From Gaiellaceae bacterium (lineage in GTDB: Bacteria; Actinomycetota; Thermoleophilia; Gaiellales; Gaiellaceae), in the NCBI GenBank assembly GCA_035296785.1, contig DATHAF010000028.1, forward strand, positions 4,236 to 68,235: a stretch of DNA of 64,000 nt. The letters run 5' to 3'. Made by a program: the position numbers and the translations under genes. A model generated the notes under the pieces. That model saw nothing but the letters and a program-made list of their open reading frames with translations. It was not told where the DNA came from and searched no databases. This document shows positions 1 through 9,365 of this stretch, in pieces; within the stretch, counting starts at the first letter, position 1; each line of letters opens with the position of its first letter.

Positions 1-306
1 ACGCACGAGTTCCGCGGCCTCTACCACGTGCTCGGTGGCTCCCTCTCCCCGCTTGACGGGGTCGAGCCCGAGCATCTGCGCATCGACGAGCTGCTCGGCC
101 GTGTGGAGCGCAACGGCGTCCAGGAGGTCGTGCTCGCGACCAACCCGAACATGACCGGCGAGGCGACGGCGGCCTACCTCGCAGACCGCCTGCGCGGCCT
201 CGTACGAGTGACTCGGCTGGCGAGCGGTCTCCCAGTGGGTTCGGACCTCGAGTACGCCGACGAGGTCACCCTCGGCAGGGCGCTTTCGGGCCGTCGAGAA
301 ATGTAG
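1..306 (+). CDS. recR: Recombination protein RecR, C-terminal part (5' end outside window)
   Basis: Frame is open from nt 1. [21 protein letters not shown]...[18 protein letters not shown] is a typical RecR Toprim/C-terminal region. Stop TAG 304-306. Confidence 0.85.
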   Translation, partial: THEFRGLYHVLGGSLSPLDGVEPEHLRIDELLGRVERNGVQEVVLATNPNMTGEATAAYLADRLRGLVRVTRLASGLPVGSDLEYADEVTLGRALSGRREM

Positions 307-309
307 GTA

Positions 310-338
310 ACACGGAGGAACCCCTGGTTCCCCCGTGT
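310..338 (+). terminator. Hairpin just after recR stop, no U-tract
   Basis: ACACGG-A-GGAACC / CCT / GGTTCC-C-CCGTGT, a 12-bp interrupted stem read directly from the sequence. Confidence 0.35.
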
Positions 339-598
339 CCCCCTCCTTGCGAGCGCTTGCTCAGAACAAACCGTTTCAGGAGCCGCCTTTTGCCCCGTAA
401 TGCTTGCGGTCTTGTCGAAGAAAGGCTCCCGCCGGGCAAAGCCCGGTTCCGCCCGCAAGTCGACGTGAACCTCCAGCGGTGTCACATTCTCGAGCTCCGG
501 AAGGCGGCTTTCCTACACTGTCTCTCGTGACGACCACCACCGAATTCGAGGCGCTTCCGGCTCTCGAGGGCGCAGAGCCGCGGCTCGGCACGCTCGTG

Positions 599-1780
599 AT
601 GAAGTTCGGCGGCACCTCTGTAGGCGACCCGGACAAGATCAAGGATGTGGCGCGCAGGATCGTCGCCGCCCGAGCAGCGGGCGACCGAGTCGTGGCCGTG
701 CTCTCGGCGATGGGCGACTCGACCGACTCGCTCGTGCGCCTAGCCTACGACGTCTCGCCGCGACCGAAGCCCCGCGAGCTCGACATGCTGATCTCGGTCG
801 GTGAGCGCATCTCCTGCGCCCTGGCCGCGATGGCGATCCACGACCTCGGCGCCGAGGCGATCTCGCTCACCGGATCGCAGGCGGGGATCGTCACCGACAC
901 CGTCCACGGCCGCGCGAAGATCGTGGACGTCCGCGCGCGCCGCATCCACGAGGCGCTCGACCAGGACCGGATCGTGCTCGTCGCCGGCTTCCAGGGCGTT
1001 TCCACCGACTTCGACATCACGACGCTCGGCCGCGGCGGCTCGGACACGACCGCGGTCGCACTGGCCGCTGCGCTCGGAGCCGAGGCCTGCGAGATCTACA
1101 CCGACGTCGAAGGCGTGTACACCGCTGACCCGCGCCTGGTGCCGGAGGCGCGCAAGCTCCACGCGGTGAGCTACGAGGAGATGCTCGAGATGGCCGCGTC
1201 GGGCGCGCGGGTGCTCCAGGTACGCTCGGTCGAGGTCGCACGGAACCACCACGTCAAGCTGCACGTCCGCTCCACGTTCTCTGCGGAGGACGGCACCTGG
1301 ATTCGCGAGGAGGACGAACGGATGCTCGAGAAGGCGCTGATCTCCGGAGTCACCCATACGCGCGAGGAAATGCTCTACCGCGTCGAAGGCACCGACCCGG
1401 CGCGGCTGTTCGCCATCCTCGCGGAGGCCGGCGTGAACGTGGACACGATCGTGCGCACCGGCTCGGAGATCCTGTTCTCGGCGCCCGCGGAGGACCGCGA
1501 GTCTGCACGCGATGCGCTCGACGGGCTCGACGTCGACTGGACCGCCCGGGACGACCTGGGCAAGGTGAGTGTGGTCGGCGCGGGGATGAAGAGCCATCCG
1601 GGTGTGGCGGCGAGGGCTTTCGAGACGCTTGCGGCAGCCGGAATCGAGCTCGAGGTCGTGATCACCTCGCCGATCAAGATCGCCTGTCACGTGCGCGGCG
1701 AGGACGTCGAGCGAGCAGTCTTGGAGCTGCACCGGGCCTTCGAGCTCGATGCCCCCGAGGCCGAGCGCCAGCATGCCTAG
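599..1780 (+). CDS. lysC: Aspartate kinase
   Basis: The family N-terminus [22 protein letters not shown] starts at ATG 599; the track ORF extends to 404 with a non-coding-looking prefix. Amino-acid kinase fold plus C-terminal ACT-like regulatory region. Confidence 0.9.
   Translation: MKFGGTSVGDPDKIKDVARRIVAARAAGDRVVAVLSAMGDSTDSLVRLAYDVSPRPKPRELDMLISVGERISCALAAMAIHDLGAEAISLTGSQAGIVTDTVHGRAKIVDVRARRIHEALDQDRIVLVAGFQGVSTDFDITTLGRGGSDTTAVALAAALGAEACEIYTDVEGVYTADPRLVPEARKLHAVSYEEMLEMAASGARVLQVRSVEVARNHHVKLHVRSTFSAEDGTWIREEDERMLEKALISGVTHTREEMLYRVEGTDPARLFAILAEAGVNVDTIVRTGSEILFSAPAEDRESARDALDGLDVDWTARDDLGKVSVVGAGMKSHPGVAARAFETLAAAGIELEVVITSPIKIACHVRGEDVERAVLELHRAFELDAPEAERQHA
1322..1780 (+). CDS. 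lysC: Candidate nested aspartokinase beta subunit (in-frame internal start)
   Basis: In-frame ATG 1322 preceded by GAGGAGG (1307-1313, 8-nt spacer). The product [16 protein letters not shown]... begins at the start of the regulatory region. Nested lysC beta subunits are established in Corynebacterium, Mycobacterium and Bacillus. Confidence 0.45.
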   Translation: MLEKALISGVTHTREEMLYRVEGTDPARLFAILAEAGVNVDTIVRTGSEILFSAPAEDRESARDALDGLDVDWTARDDLGKVSVVGAGMKSHPGVAARAFETLAAAGIELEVVITSPIKIACHVRGEDVERAVLELHRAFELDAPEAERQHA

Positions 1781-2705
1781 GGTCGGTGTGATCGGCGCCA
1801 CGGGCGGGGTCGGGGCCGTGACGCTGGAACTGCTGGCCGAGCGCGGCTTCGAGGACGTCCGCCCCTTTGCCTCTGAGCGCTCGGCGGGAACGACGCTCGC
1901 CGACGGCCGAGTCGTCGCGGAGGCGACGCCCGAAGCGCTTGCCGCCGGCAACCTAGACCTCTGCCTCTTCTCGGTCGGCACGCGGGCGAGCAAGGAGCTC
2001 GTCCCGCACGCCGTCCGCGGCGGAGCGGTCTGCATCGACAAGTCGGCCGCGTTTCGGCTCGCGGACGGGATCCCGCTCGTCGTCCCGGAAGTGAACGGCG
2101 CTCGGGCGCTCGAGCACGACGGCATCCTCGCGAACCCGAACTGCTGCGCGATCCCGCTCGCGCTCGTGCTCAAGCCGCTGCACGAGGCTGCCGGGTTGCG
2201 GGCCGTTCGCGTCGCCACCTACCAGTCGGCCTCGGGCGCGGGGGCACGGCGGCTCCAGCGGCTCCTCGACGAGCCGCAGGCCGAGCACGACCTGGCGATG
2301 GACTGGGACTACGACGGCGAGGAGTTCGACGAGGAGTCGAAGCTCCGCGAGGAGACGCGCAAGATCCTCGAGCTACCCGACCTGCCGCTGAGCGCAACGT
2401 GCGTCCGCGTCCCGGTGCCGGTCGGCCACGCCGAGTCGGTCTGGCTCGAAACGGAGCAGCCGCTCTCCTCGCCGCGAGCGCGCGAGCTGCTGGCCGCGGC
2501 CGAATCCGTGCGCGTCGAGGAGTTCCCGACCTCGGGTCAGGCGGCCGGCGGCGACGAGGCTCTGGTCGGCCGGATCCGCCGCGATCCCGCCGCCGAGAAC
2601 GGCCTGTCGCTTTTCCTTGCCTGCGACAACCTGCGCAAGGGGGCGGCCCTGAACGCAATTCAGATCGCCGAGCTCGTGCTCTCGCGCCGCGCGATTCCGG
2701 CCTGA
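1773..2705 (+). CDS. asd: Aspartate-semialdehyde dehydrogenase
   Basis: [14 protein letters not shown] Rossmann start and active-site [13 protein letters not shown] 1773 overlaps the lysC stop (1778-1780) by 8 nt. Confidence 0.9.
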   Translation: MPRVGVIGATGGVGAVTLELLAERGFEDVRPFASERSAGTTLADGRVVAEATPEALAAGNLDLCLFSVGTRASKELVPHAVRGGAVCIDKSAAFRLADGIPLVVPEVNGARALEHDGILANPNCCAIPLALVLKPLHEAAGLRAVRVATYQSASGAGARRLQRLLDEPQAEHDLAMDWDYDGEEFDEESKLREETRKILELPDLPLSATCVRVPVPVGHAESVWLETEQPLSSPRARELLAAAESVRVEEFPTSGQAAGGDEALVGRIRRDPAAENGLSLFLACDNLRKGAALNAIQIAELVLSRRAIPA

Positions 2706-2726
2706 ACAGCCGGAATTCGGTTTTCG
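2695..2726 (+). terminator. Intrinsic-terminator-like hairpin spanning the asd stop
   Basis: TTCCGGC / CTGAACA / GCCGGAA followed by TTCGGTTTTCG. Confidence 0.5.
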
Positions 2727-2756
2727 CAGTACAGCCGACCGCCGAGTCTCTGGTTC

Positions 2757-3380
2757 TCAACGCTCGATCAACTGCAACGCCGCCTTGCGGCTGGAGACGC
2801 GCAGCTTCTTCAGGATCGCGCTCACATGCGTCCGGACCGTGACGGGCTCGATGAAGAGCCGGTCGGCGATCTCGAACGTCGTCAGTCCATGGCTCATCAG
2901 CTCGAGCACCTCCCACTCGCGATCTGTCAGCATCACGCCGCGGCGCTTGAGCAGCGGCCGCCGGCGTCCGCGCTCGCGGAACTCGTCGATCACGAGCGAC
3001 ACGAGGTGCCGCGGCAACGCTGCCTCGCCTGCGAGAACGCCTCGGAGGGCGAGCGGCAGTCGGTCGGGGTCGGTGTCCTTGAGCAGGTAGCCCGAAGCGC
3101 CCACTCGCAATGCGTCGAAGAGGTCGCTGTCCCTGCGCGAGACGGTGAGCATCACTACGGCCGCCTCGGGCACATTGAGGCAGATCTCCTCGGCCGCGCG
3201 GATGCCACTCCCGGGCATCTGGATGTCGAGCAGGCACACGTCCGGTCGCTCCTGCACGGCCGCCTCTACGGCCGACGGTCCATCGTCGACCTCCGCGCAG
3301 ACCTCGAAGCCCCCGCGTTCCAGGGCGAGTCGAACTCCCACCCGAACGAACGGATGATCGTCGGCAATCAGAACACGCAT
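2757..3380 (-). CDS. NarL/FixJ (LuxR-type) response regulator
   Basis: ATG 3380: MRVLIADDHPFVRVG. Receiver domain (LLDIQMPG) plus LuxR HTH (LTDREWEVLELMSHGLTTFEIADRL). The rest of the 317-aa track ORF is an Arg-rich artefact. Confidence 0.9.
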   Translation of the reverse strand: MRVLIADDHPFVRVGVRLALERGGFEVCAEVDDGPSAVEAAVQERPDVCLLDIQMPGSGIRAAEEICLNVPEAAVVMLTVSRRDSDLFDALRVGASGYLLKDTDPDRLPLALRGVLAGEAALPRHLVSLVIDEFRERGRRRPLLKRRGVMLTDREWEVLELMSHGLTTFEIADRLFIEPVTVRTHVSAILKKLRVSSRKAALQLIER

Positions 3381-3388
3381 GGGCTTCT

Positions 3389-4822
3389 CTATGGGATCAC
3401 CACCTCGACCTCGGTCCCACCCTCCGGTAGCGGCGCGATCCTCAGCTCGCCTCCGAGCGCGCGCGTGCGGGTGCGCATGGTGATCAGCCCGAACCCCGGC
3501 TCTCCCTCGAGCGCGGCGGGGTCGAACCCGATCCCGTCGTCGGCGATGCGCAACCGGATGCCGTTGCCGTTCTCGAGCTCCACGCTCACCAGGTCCGCCC
3601 GGCCGTGGCGGCTGGCGTTCGTGACCGCCTCGCGGACGATGCGCAACAGGGCCTCCCGCGTGTCGGGCGGGACCTCGATTCCCGGCTCGACGTCGAAGCG
3701 CGCTCGACACCCGGCCCGGTCGACGAGCTCCTCGACCGTTTGCACGAGCGCCTCGTCAAGTGAGTCGTCCTGCGAATGGGTGAGCAACGCGATTGCGCGA
3801 CGGGACTCGTCGAGCGCACGTTCGGCCGCGGCCGCGACGTACTTGATCTCGACGGCGTCGGGCCTCCTCCCGAGCGACCGACCCTGCGCCGCCACGAACG
3901 CGAGCTCCTGGGCCAGCCCGTCGTGGAGCTCGCGGGCGATGCGACGCCGCTCGTCCATCGCCGCTGCTTCGGAAAGACTCCGCTGGTACCTGTTGATCTC
4001 GCCGGCGGCTCCAACCAGCAACAGCAGGTACGACCCCAGCCGCAGCGCGTCGCCCACGTACACCCACTGCGTGTAGAGCGACGGGAACAAGGCGTAGTTC
4101 ACGCGCGCGAAGGCGGCGAGTGCCGCGCTGGCGGCGAGCCACGTCATCAGGGCGTCTCCGGTGCGCTCTCCCCGCCGGGTGAATCCGATCGCGGCGAGCA
4201 TGAAGAGGGCCGCGGAGACGAGCTGCATCCAGAGCAAGGTGTGAGAGCCGACCGTGTGCACGCCCTCCGGCGGCACCGCCGTCGTGGGGTCAACGCCGAG
4301 TGGTAGCCTGGTCTCGAAGATCCCGACGAGTACTGCCGCGCAGGCGTAGGCGACGAGTGCTGAGATGCAAACCGCCAACGCGGTCTGCCTGGGACGGCGG
4401 AGGCGCCGGCTCGGCATCCACGACGAGACCGCCAGGACCGCTGATCCGGCCAAGGTCCCGATCAGGGAGGTCCAGGCCGAAAAGCGCATCGAGTCCTCGC
4501 TGAACAGGGCCCACGGCATCGCGGAGAACACGAAGTTGGCGATGGCGAGAACGCCGAGCGCGGTCGCCAGCGCGAGGTCTTCCGAGCGGGCCGTGCGGCG
4601 AAAGCGCCCGAAGACGAGGAACGCAGCCAGCAGCGCGACCATGCCGGAGGCCGTCTCGATCGTCGCGTGCAAAGGGGTGCTGCGATAGGCGAGGTGGACG
4701 AACGGGAGCACCATCACGAGGGTCGTCAAGACGCCCGCAAGATCGGCTGCAAACACGGTCCGGTAGCGGGTGCTCAGCCGCATGCACCCTTCGTAGCACG
4801 GCCAGGCACCCCTTTTGACCAC
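3389..4822 (-). CDS. Membrane sensor histidine kinase (HisKA_3 family)
   Basis: Multi-TM N-terminus, H-box RRRIARELHDGLAQEL, HATPase motifs IADDGIGFD and GFGLITM. Stop lies 9 nt upstream of the regulator start. Start is 4822 or ATG 4783. Confidence 0.85.
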   Translation of the reverse strand: MVKRGAWPCYEGCMRLSTRYRTVFAADLAGVLTTLVMVLPFVHLAYRSTPLHATIETASGMVALLAAFLVFGRFRRTARSEDLALATALGVLAIANFVFSAMPWALFSEDSMRFSAWTSLIGTLAGSAVLAVSSWMPSRRLRRPRQTALAVCISALVAYACAAVLVGIFETRLPLGVDPTTAVPPEGVHTVGSHTLLWMQLVSAALFMLAAIGFTRRGERTGDALMTWLAASAALAAFARVNYALFPSLYTQWVYVGDALRLGSYLLLLVGAAGEINRYQRSLSEAAAMDERRRIARELHDGLAQELAFVAAQGRSLGRRPDAVEIKYVAAAAERALDESRRAIALLTHSQDDSLDEALVQTVEELVDRAGCRARFDVEPGIEVPPDTREALLRIVREAVTNASRHGRADLVSVELENGNGIRLRIADDGIGFDPAALEGEPGFGLITMRTRTRALGGELRIAPLPEGGTEVEVVIP

Positions 4823-4856
4823 CCCAAACGTTGGGATTGCCTAGCCGAATGGCAGG

Positions 4857-5486
4857 CTATGTCGGCGGTTTTGGCTCCAGCAGGGGCTCGGGAAGAAGGG
4901 CCTCCCGCAACGCCCGCAGCACTTTCGAGCGCTTTCCCTCGAGCACCGGCACGAGCCCTCCGAGCTCCAGGCGCATCAGCTCGACCGAACCGGAGGAGCG
5001 AATCACCTGGAAGCCGAAGTCGGCGAGAAAGTCGTGAGGGAAGACCGTGCGGTGGACGAGAAAGCGCTCGTAGTCGGACTCCCCCTCCGAATACCGGTAC
5101 GCAAACGCCTCCAGTGCTGCGGCGCCTCGGTCCTTCGCCTCGCCGATCGCGGCGAGGAACAGGGACTGCAGTACCCAGGGGCTTGAACGGCTGACAAGGT
5201 ACGCGCACGTGACCAGCACGGCGTCGTCCGATGGAGGTCCCGCCGGAAGCTCGGCGGCTCGCGGAAAAAGCCGAGCCGTCCCGTACTGCATCGACCCGAG
5301 CACCCGCCCGTCGTCGTCGTAGTAGAGCGCCCCCCAGGCACCGAACTCGGTTTCTGCCTTCTCGATCCAGCGCCGCTTGTCGACGGTGCGCCCGGCCACG
5401 CGGGACTGCCACCAGACGCACGTGTGGCAGACCGTCGGCGTGTGCTCTAGGGTCGCTCCGGTCAAGCCTTGGATTCGCAGGCTCAT
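4857..5486 (-). CDS. Conserved hypothetical, GNAT-acetyltransferase-like (weak call)
   Basis: ATG 5486 (MSLRIQGLTGATLEH...) overlaps the Asp23 gene stop as ATGA. The core WVLQSLFLAAIGEAKDRGAAALEAFAY looks acetyltransferase-like by eye only. Confidence 0.5.
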   Translation of the reverse strand: MSLRIQGLTGATLEHTPTVCHTCVWWQSRVAGRTVDKRRWIEKAETEFGAWGALYYDDDGRVLGSMQYGTARLFPRAAELPAGPPSDDAVLVTCAYLVSRSSPWVLQSLFLAAIGEAKDRGAAALEAFAYRYSEGESDYERFLVHRTVFPHDFLADFGFQVIRSSGSVELMRLELGGLVPVLEGKRSKVLRALREALLPEPLLEPKPPT

Positions 5487-5785
5487 GGAAGCGGCCCGAT
5501 CTCGTCCACGACCACGTCCACGGCCTGCGGCCGCGCGCCGGCCATGCGCTCGAGGTAGTCCGCGACGCGCCTCTGCACCTCCCGTCCGACCGCCGGCGCA
5601 GAGGCACCCCACGTGAGCTCGAGGTGGAGCTCGACCCTCACCGCGCCGTCCTCGCCGTCGACCCTCACCCCGCCGTGCCGCGGCAGCCGGCTCTCGACGA
5701 GCCCGGCGACGCCCTCGACCTCCCTCGCGGCGTCGGCCGCGTAGCTGGCGAGCACGTCGGGGGCGACGCTGGCGTTGCCCTCCAT
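5483..5785 (-). CDS. Asp23/Gls24 (DUF322) family stress protein
   Basis: VAPDVLASYAADAAREVEGVAGLV... is typical of the Asp23 family. The start ATG shares one nt with the upstream stop (TGATG). Confidence 0.75.
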   Translation of the reverse strand: MEGNASVAPDVLASYAADAAREVEGVAGLVESRLPRHGGVRVDGEDGAVRVELHLELTWGASAPAVGREVQRRVADYLERMAGARPQAVDVVVDEIGPLP

Positions 5786-6597
5786 CAGGGGGATTGTAGG
5801 TTCAGCTCCGTCGCTTCCGGTCGCGCGAGGAAGCGGAACGGAACGAAGGTCGTGCCGAGCCCCGACGAGAGGTGAAGCGTGCCCCCCGGGCGGGGGTAGA
5901 GGCCGCGGATGTACGTCCAGCGGATGTGCGCGAGTCGCAGCCGGCCGCCGGGCCAGGGAACGCAGATCTGCCCGCCGTGCAGGTGCCCCGAGAGCACGAG
6001 GTCGAAGGCGCCGGCCGGAAGCCGGTCGACTACGTTCGGAAAGTGGCAGAGGAGGATCCGCAGGTCGGCGCGTGGGTCGGCCAGTCGCTCGGGGTGCGAC
6101 TGACCCCGCTTGTACGAGCGGGGGTCGACTCCGACGATCTGGACGCGCTTGCCGCGGAGCTCGAGCGTACGCGAGTCATCGAGGAGGAGCGTCGCCGGCT
6201 CGAGGTCGAACATCTCGGCGGGGTGGGAGAAGGGATCGCGTGTGAGCGCGAAGTCATGGTTGCCGAGCACCGCGAAACAGCTCGGCAACCGCGTCAGCAG
6301 CGAGCGCAGGCGCTGCTCTCCGCTGCGTCGCGAGAGCAGGTCGCCGCTGATCAGGGTCAGGTCAGGCCGTTGCTCCTCGACCCAGGCGACCGCTCGCTCG
6401 ACCGCCGCCGAGCCGCGCGAGGGAAAGCCGAGGTGGAGATCCGAGAGGTGCGCGATCCTCAGGCCGCCCAGCTCCGGCGGAAGGCCGGGGAGCGGGCACT
6501 CGAGCGTCTCGAGCCTGACCCAGCCGGCCTCGAAGTGGCCCCACCCGGCCGCGCCGGCACCGACGGCGGCGCCGAGAGCGGCAAGTCTTCCCGGCAC
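5785..6597 (-). CDS. Membrane-associated metallophosphoesterase (calcineurin-like)
   Basis: GTG 6597 shares one nt with the upstream TAG. Hydrophobic N-terminus, then LRIAHLSDLHLG, ISGDL, VLGNHD and GHLHGG. The longer track ORF prefix is antisense-overlapping and Arg-rich. Confidence 0.8.
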   Translation of the reverse strand: MPGRLAALGAAVGAGAAGWGHFEAGWVRLETLECPLPGLPPELGGLRIAHLSDLHLGFPSRGSAAVERAVAWVEEQRPDLTLISGDLLSRRSGEQRLRSLLTRLPSCFAVLGNHDFALTRDPFSHPAEMFDLEPATLLLDDSRTLELRGKRVQIVGVDPRSYKRGQSHPERLADPRADLRILLCHFPNVVDRLPAGAFDLVLSGHLHGGQICVPWPGGRLRLAHIRWTYIRGLYPRPGGTLHLSSGLGTTFVPFRFLARPEATELNLQSP

Positions 6598-7487
6598 TAG
6601 CGTTCTTCTTGAAGGGTCTCGATCGCCGCGCCGACCGGCACGACGTGCCGCTTGAACTGCAGCTCGGAGTCCGCGAGCCCTGCGGCGACGCCGATCAGCT
6701 GCGAGAGGTGGAGGATCGGCATCTGGAAGTCGCGGCCCGTGGCCTTCCTCAGCTTCGACTGCCACGCGTCGAGCGAGAGGTGGCACAGCGGGCACGGCGT
6801 CACCATCACGTCGGCGCCCGCCTCGGTCGCCTGCTCGATCGGCTGGATCAGCTCTCCGAGGGCGACCTCCTCGCGGGCCTGGATGATCGGGAAGCCGCAG
6901 CACTTGATCTTTGCCGGGTAATCGATCGGCTCGCCGCCGCAGGCCTCGATGATCGACTCGAGCGACCACGGCTGGTCAGGGTTCTCGAACCCGAGGATCT
7001 TCGAGGGCCGCAGGATCTGACAACCGTAGAACGGCGCCACCTTGAGGCCCTTGAGCCCCTTGTGCGCAACCTCCTTCAAGCGGTCGTAGCCCTCGCCCTC
7101 CGCAATCAGCCAGAGCAGGTGCTTGACCTCGACCGACCCCTCGTAGGGCGGCGCGCCGACCGACTCGAGGTTCGTGCTCACGCGCGCGCGCAAGTCGTCG
7201 TCGTTCTTGAGCTGCCAGTTCGCCTGGCGGAGGTTGAGCGTACAGACGTTGCAAATCGTCATCAGCGTCTCGGCGCCGGTCTGCTCGGCGTAGGCGAGGA
7301 TGCGCGCGTTCAGGTGCAGGTAGTAGTCGGGCTCCGCCTCGTGGATGTCCCCGGCGCCGCAGCAGGTAACGGACTCGAGCTCGTCCAGCTCGAAGCCGAG
7401 CTTCGGCGCGAGCGCCTGGGTCGAGGTGTCGAGCTCCTTCGCCGAGAGCGAGGCGAGGCACCCCTTGTAGTAGGCGACCTTGGTCAT
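6597..7487 (-). CDS. HdrB-like CCG-domain subunit of non-classical succinate dehydrogenase (SdhE/SdhC type)
   Basis: Two cysteine-rich CCG motifs (VTCCGAGD, KCCGFPI, PCPLCH). ATGA overlap with the sdhB stop. Confidence 0.8.
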   Translation of the reverse strand: MTKVAYYKGCLASLSAKELDTSTQALAPKLGFELDELESVTCCGAGDIHEAEPDYYLHLNARILAYAEQTGAETLMTICNVCTLNLRQANWQLKNDDDLRARVSTNLESVGAPPYEGSVEVKHLLWLIAEGEGYDRLKEVAHKGLKGLKVAPFYGCQILRPSKILGFENPDQPWSLESIIEACGGEPIDYPAKIKCCGFPIIQAREEVALGELIQPIEQATEAGADVMVTPCPLCHLSLDAWQSKLRKATGRDFQMPILHLSQLIGVAAGLADSELQFKRHVVPVGAAIETLQEER

Positions 7488-8545
7488 CCCTCGGCCAGCG
7501 GGGGCTCCACCCCGGGCTGGACCTCCGGAGCGTTCACGCGTGCGCCGGACTCCTCGAGGAACTCGATGCGCCCGAGTGCGTGCTCGCCCTGGACGATCCC
7601 GAGCGCGCCTTCCCGACCCTGCTGCTTGACGAGCTCGTGCAGCAGCCGCGCTTCCTTCACGTCCTTGGCCACGTGCGGCGGGAAAGGCGGAGGCACCTTA
7701 CCGCGTCGCGCCAGGTTGAGCGCGAAGCCGATCTCCTTGACCGCGGAGACCACGCCCTGCGTCTTCGGCACCAGCTCGGTTTCACGCAGCCAGCCGGTGG
7801 TCTCGGCCGACTTGACGAACCATTTCGCGTGCTTGGCGCCCATATCGTGGTCGATGCCGAGGCGAATCGACTCCGCTCCGAGCTTCGCGATCGCATCGCG
7901 CGGGTCGACGCCCTTCGGGCAGCGCTCATTGCAGAAGTAGCAGCGCGTGCAATCCCAGATCCCGTGCTCCTCGTTCATCGTGTTCAGGCGCTCGACCTCG
8001 GCGTGGTCGCGCGCGTCGCCGACGAAGCGGAAGCCCTTGGCCAGCGCCGCCGGTCCCGTGAACTCCGGGTCCGACTCCATCGAATTGCACTCGGAGACGC
8101 AGCAGCCGCACATGATGCAGAGCGCCTCCTTGTGGATCACGTTCATCTTCTGCTGCGAGACGATCCTCTCCTTCTCCGTCGGCTCGTCGTAGCCGGGGTC
8201 GAGCCACGGCTTGACCGAGCGGACCTTGTTCCAGAAGGGATCCATCTCCACGACGAGGTCCTTGAGCACCGGCATGTTCCCCATCGCCGAGATCACGGGG
8301 ACATGGCCTGCATCGACGATTGGCTTCATTCGCTCCTTGCACGCGAGGACGGCGCGGCCGTCCATGCGCATCCCGCAGGAGCCGCAGATCATCATCCGAC
8401 AGCTCTTGCGGTAGGCGAGGGTGCCGTCCTGCTTGTCTTTGATCAGGTCGAGCACGTCGAGCAGACAGGCCCACTCGGGCGCGTCGACCTCGTACTCGCG
8501 CAGGGCTTTCTCCCCCGACTCGGGGTCGAACCGCCAGATCTTCAA
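7484..8545 (-). CDS. sdhB: Succinate dehydrogenase/fumarate reductase iron-sulfur subunit with about 100-aa C-terminal extension
   Basis: 2Fe-2S motif CRMMICGSCGMRMDGRAVLAC; cluster motifs CIMCGCCVSEC and CTRCYFCNERCP. TTG start at 8545. Confidence 0.9.
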   Translation of the reverse strand: MKIWRFDPESGEKALREYEVDAPEWACLLDVLDLIKDKQDGTLAYRKSCRMMICGSCGMRMDGRAVLACKERMKPIVDAGHVPVISAMGNMPVLKDLVVEMDPFWNKVRSVKPWLDPGYDEPTEKERIVSQQKMNVIHKEALCIMCGCCVSECNSMESDPEFTGPAALAKGFRFVGDARDHAEVERLNTMNEEHGIWDCTRCYFCNERCPKGVDPRDAIAKLGAESIRLGIDHDMGAKHAKWFVKSAETTGWLRETELVPKTQGVVSAVKEIGFALNLARRGKVPPPFPPHVAKDVKEARLLHELVKQQGREGALGIVQGEHALGRIEFLEESGARVNAPEVQPGVEPPLAEG

Positions 8546-8558
8546 CGCTACGTCCGTA

Positions 8559-9365
8559 TCAGCCCCCTTGTGGTCCGAGCAGCTTCTGGAAATCGACGAC
8601 CGTCGTCTTCGGCGGCGCCGTGATCGTCACCGGCGACCCGAAGTCATACAGCTCCATCGTGATCTTCGCCGACTGGTTTCTGCCCGAGTACTGCCGGTAG
8701 ATCACCTTGCGCACGTAGCCGTCCTCACCCACCCAGGCGTTCACAGGGAGCTTCTTGATCCCGGCCACGTCGATCACGCGGCGCAGCGACTGCTTGGTCG
8801 CGCCCTTGGCTCGCCTCGCTGCCTGCTCGAGGTCGATCGTCGTCCGGTAGTGCGTCGTCTCCACGCCCTTGACCTTCTCCTTGCCGAGGTCCTGCACCTT
8901 CGCGGTCGAGCCGCGCAGGTAGGCGAGGGCGCCGTTCGGGTTGGGGTTGGAGTCGACAAGGCTCCCGAGATTGAGGCCGCGCTGCCTGGCGAACTGGGCG
9001 AGGTCGAGCCGCACCCATTCCTTGCCGGCCGGGAGCGCCTGCCGGAAGACCGCCGTGCGGATGTAGAGGACGGTCCGGTCGATGATCGTGTCGACGGCCG
9101 TGGACTGCCCACCGCTGACGACAGTCATCGCGAGGCGGCCCGATCCCGATGCACCGGTGTCGAAGACGCCTCTGCCGCCGCCCTGGATGCCCTTGCCCGA
9201 GATCTCGAAGTCGATCTTCACGCTGCCCGCGCGCGCGGTGCTGGCTGCGGCTTGTGCAATCGGGTTCCCGACCGGCTTCCCCGCGGCCTTGTCCGAGTTC
9301 TTGCCGCCGCCCCCGCAACCGGCCGCGAGAAGAAGTAGCGCCGCAAGTACCCCCAACCGCCGCAT
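8559..9365 (-). CDS. Lipoprotein, LolA/LppX-LprG-like (fold call weak)
   Basis: ATG 9365 shares one nt with the sdhA TGA. MRRLGVLAALLLLAAGC is a signal peptide with a lipobox. The mature part is Gly/Ser-rich, then beta-rich. Confidence 0.75.
   Translation of the reverse strand: MRRLGVLAALLLLAAGCGGGGKNSDKAAGKPVGNPIAQAAASTARAGSVKIDFEISGKGIQGGGRGVFDTGASGSGRLAMTVVSGGQSTAVDTIIDRTVLYIRTAVFRQALPAGKEWVRLDLAQFARQRGLNLGSLVDSNPNPNGALAYLRGSTAKVQDLGKEKVKGVETTHYRTTIDLEQAARRAKGATKQSLRRVIDVAGIKKLPVNAWVGEDGYVRKVIYRQYSGRNQSAKITMELYDFGSPVTITAPPKTTVVDFQKLLGPQGG

Noticed and set aside
307-598. Lysine (L-box) riboswitch upstream of lysC
   Set aside because: I could not find the conserved L-box blocks as I remember them. 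The region is kept only as an unassigned structured leader.
740-3237. Minus-strand ORFs 740..2218 and 2170..3237
   Set aside because: They are antisense to lysC and asd and out of frame with the response regulator. Translations are Arg-rich and lack motifs.
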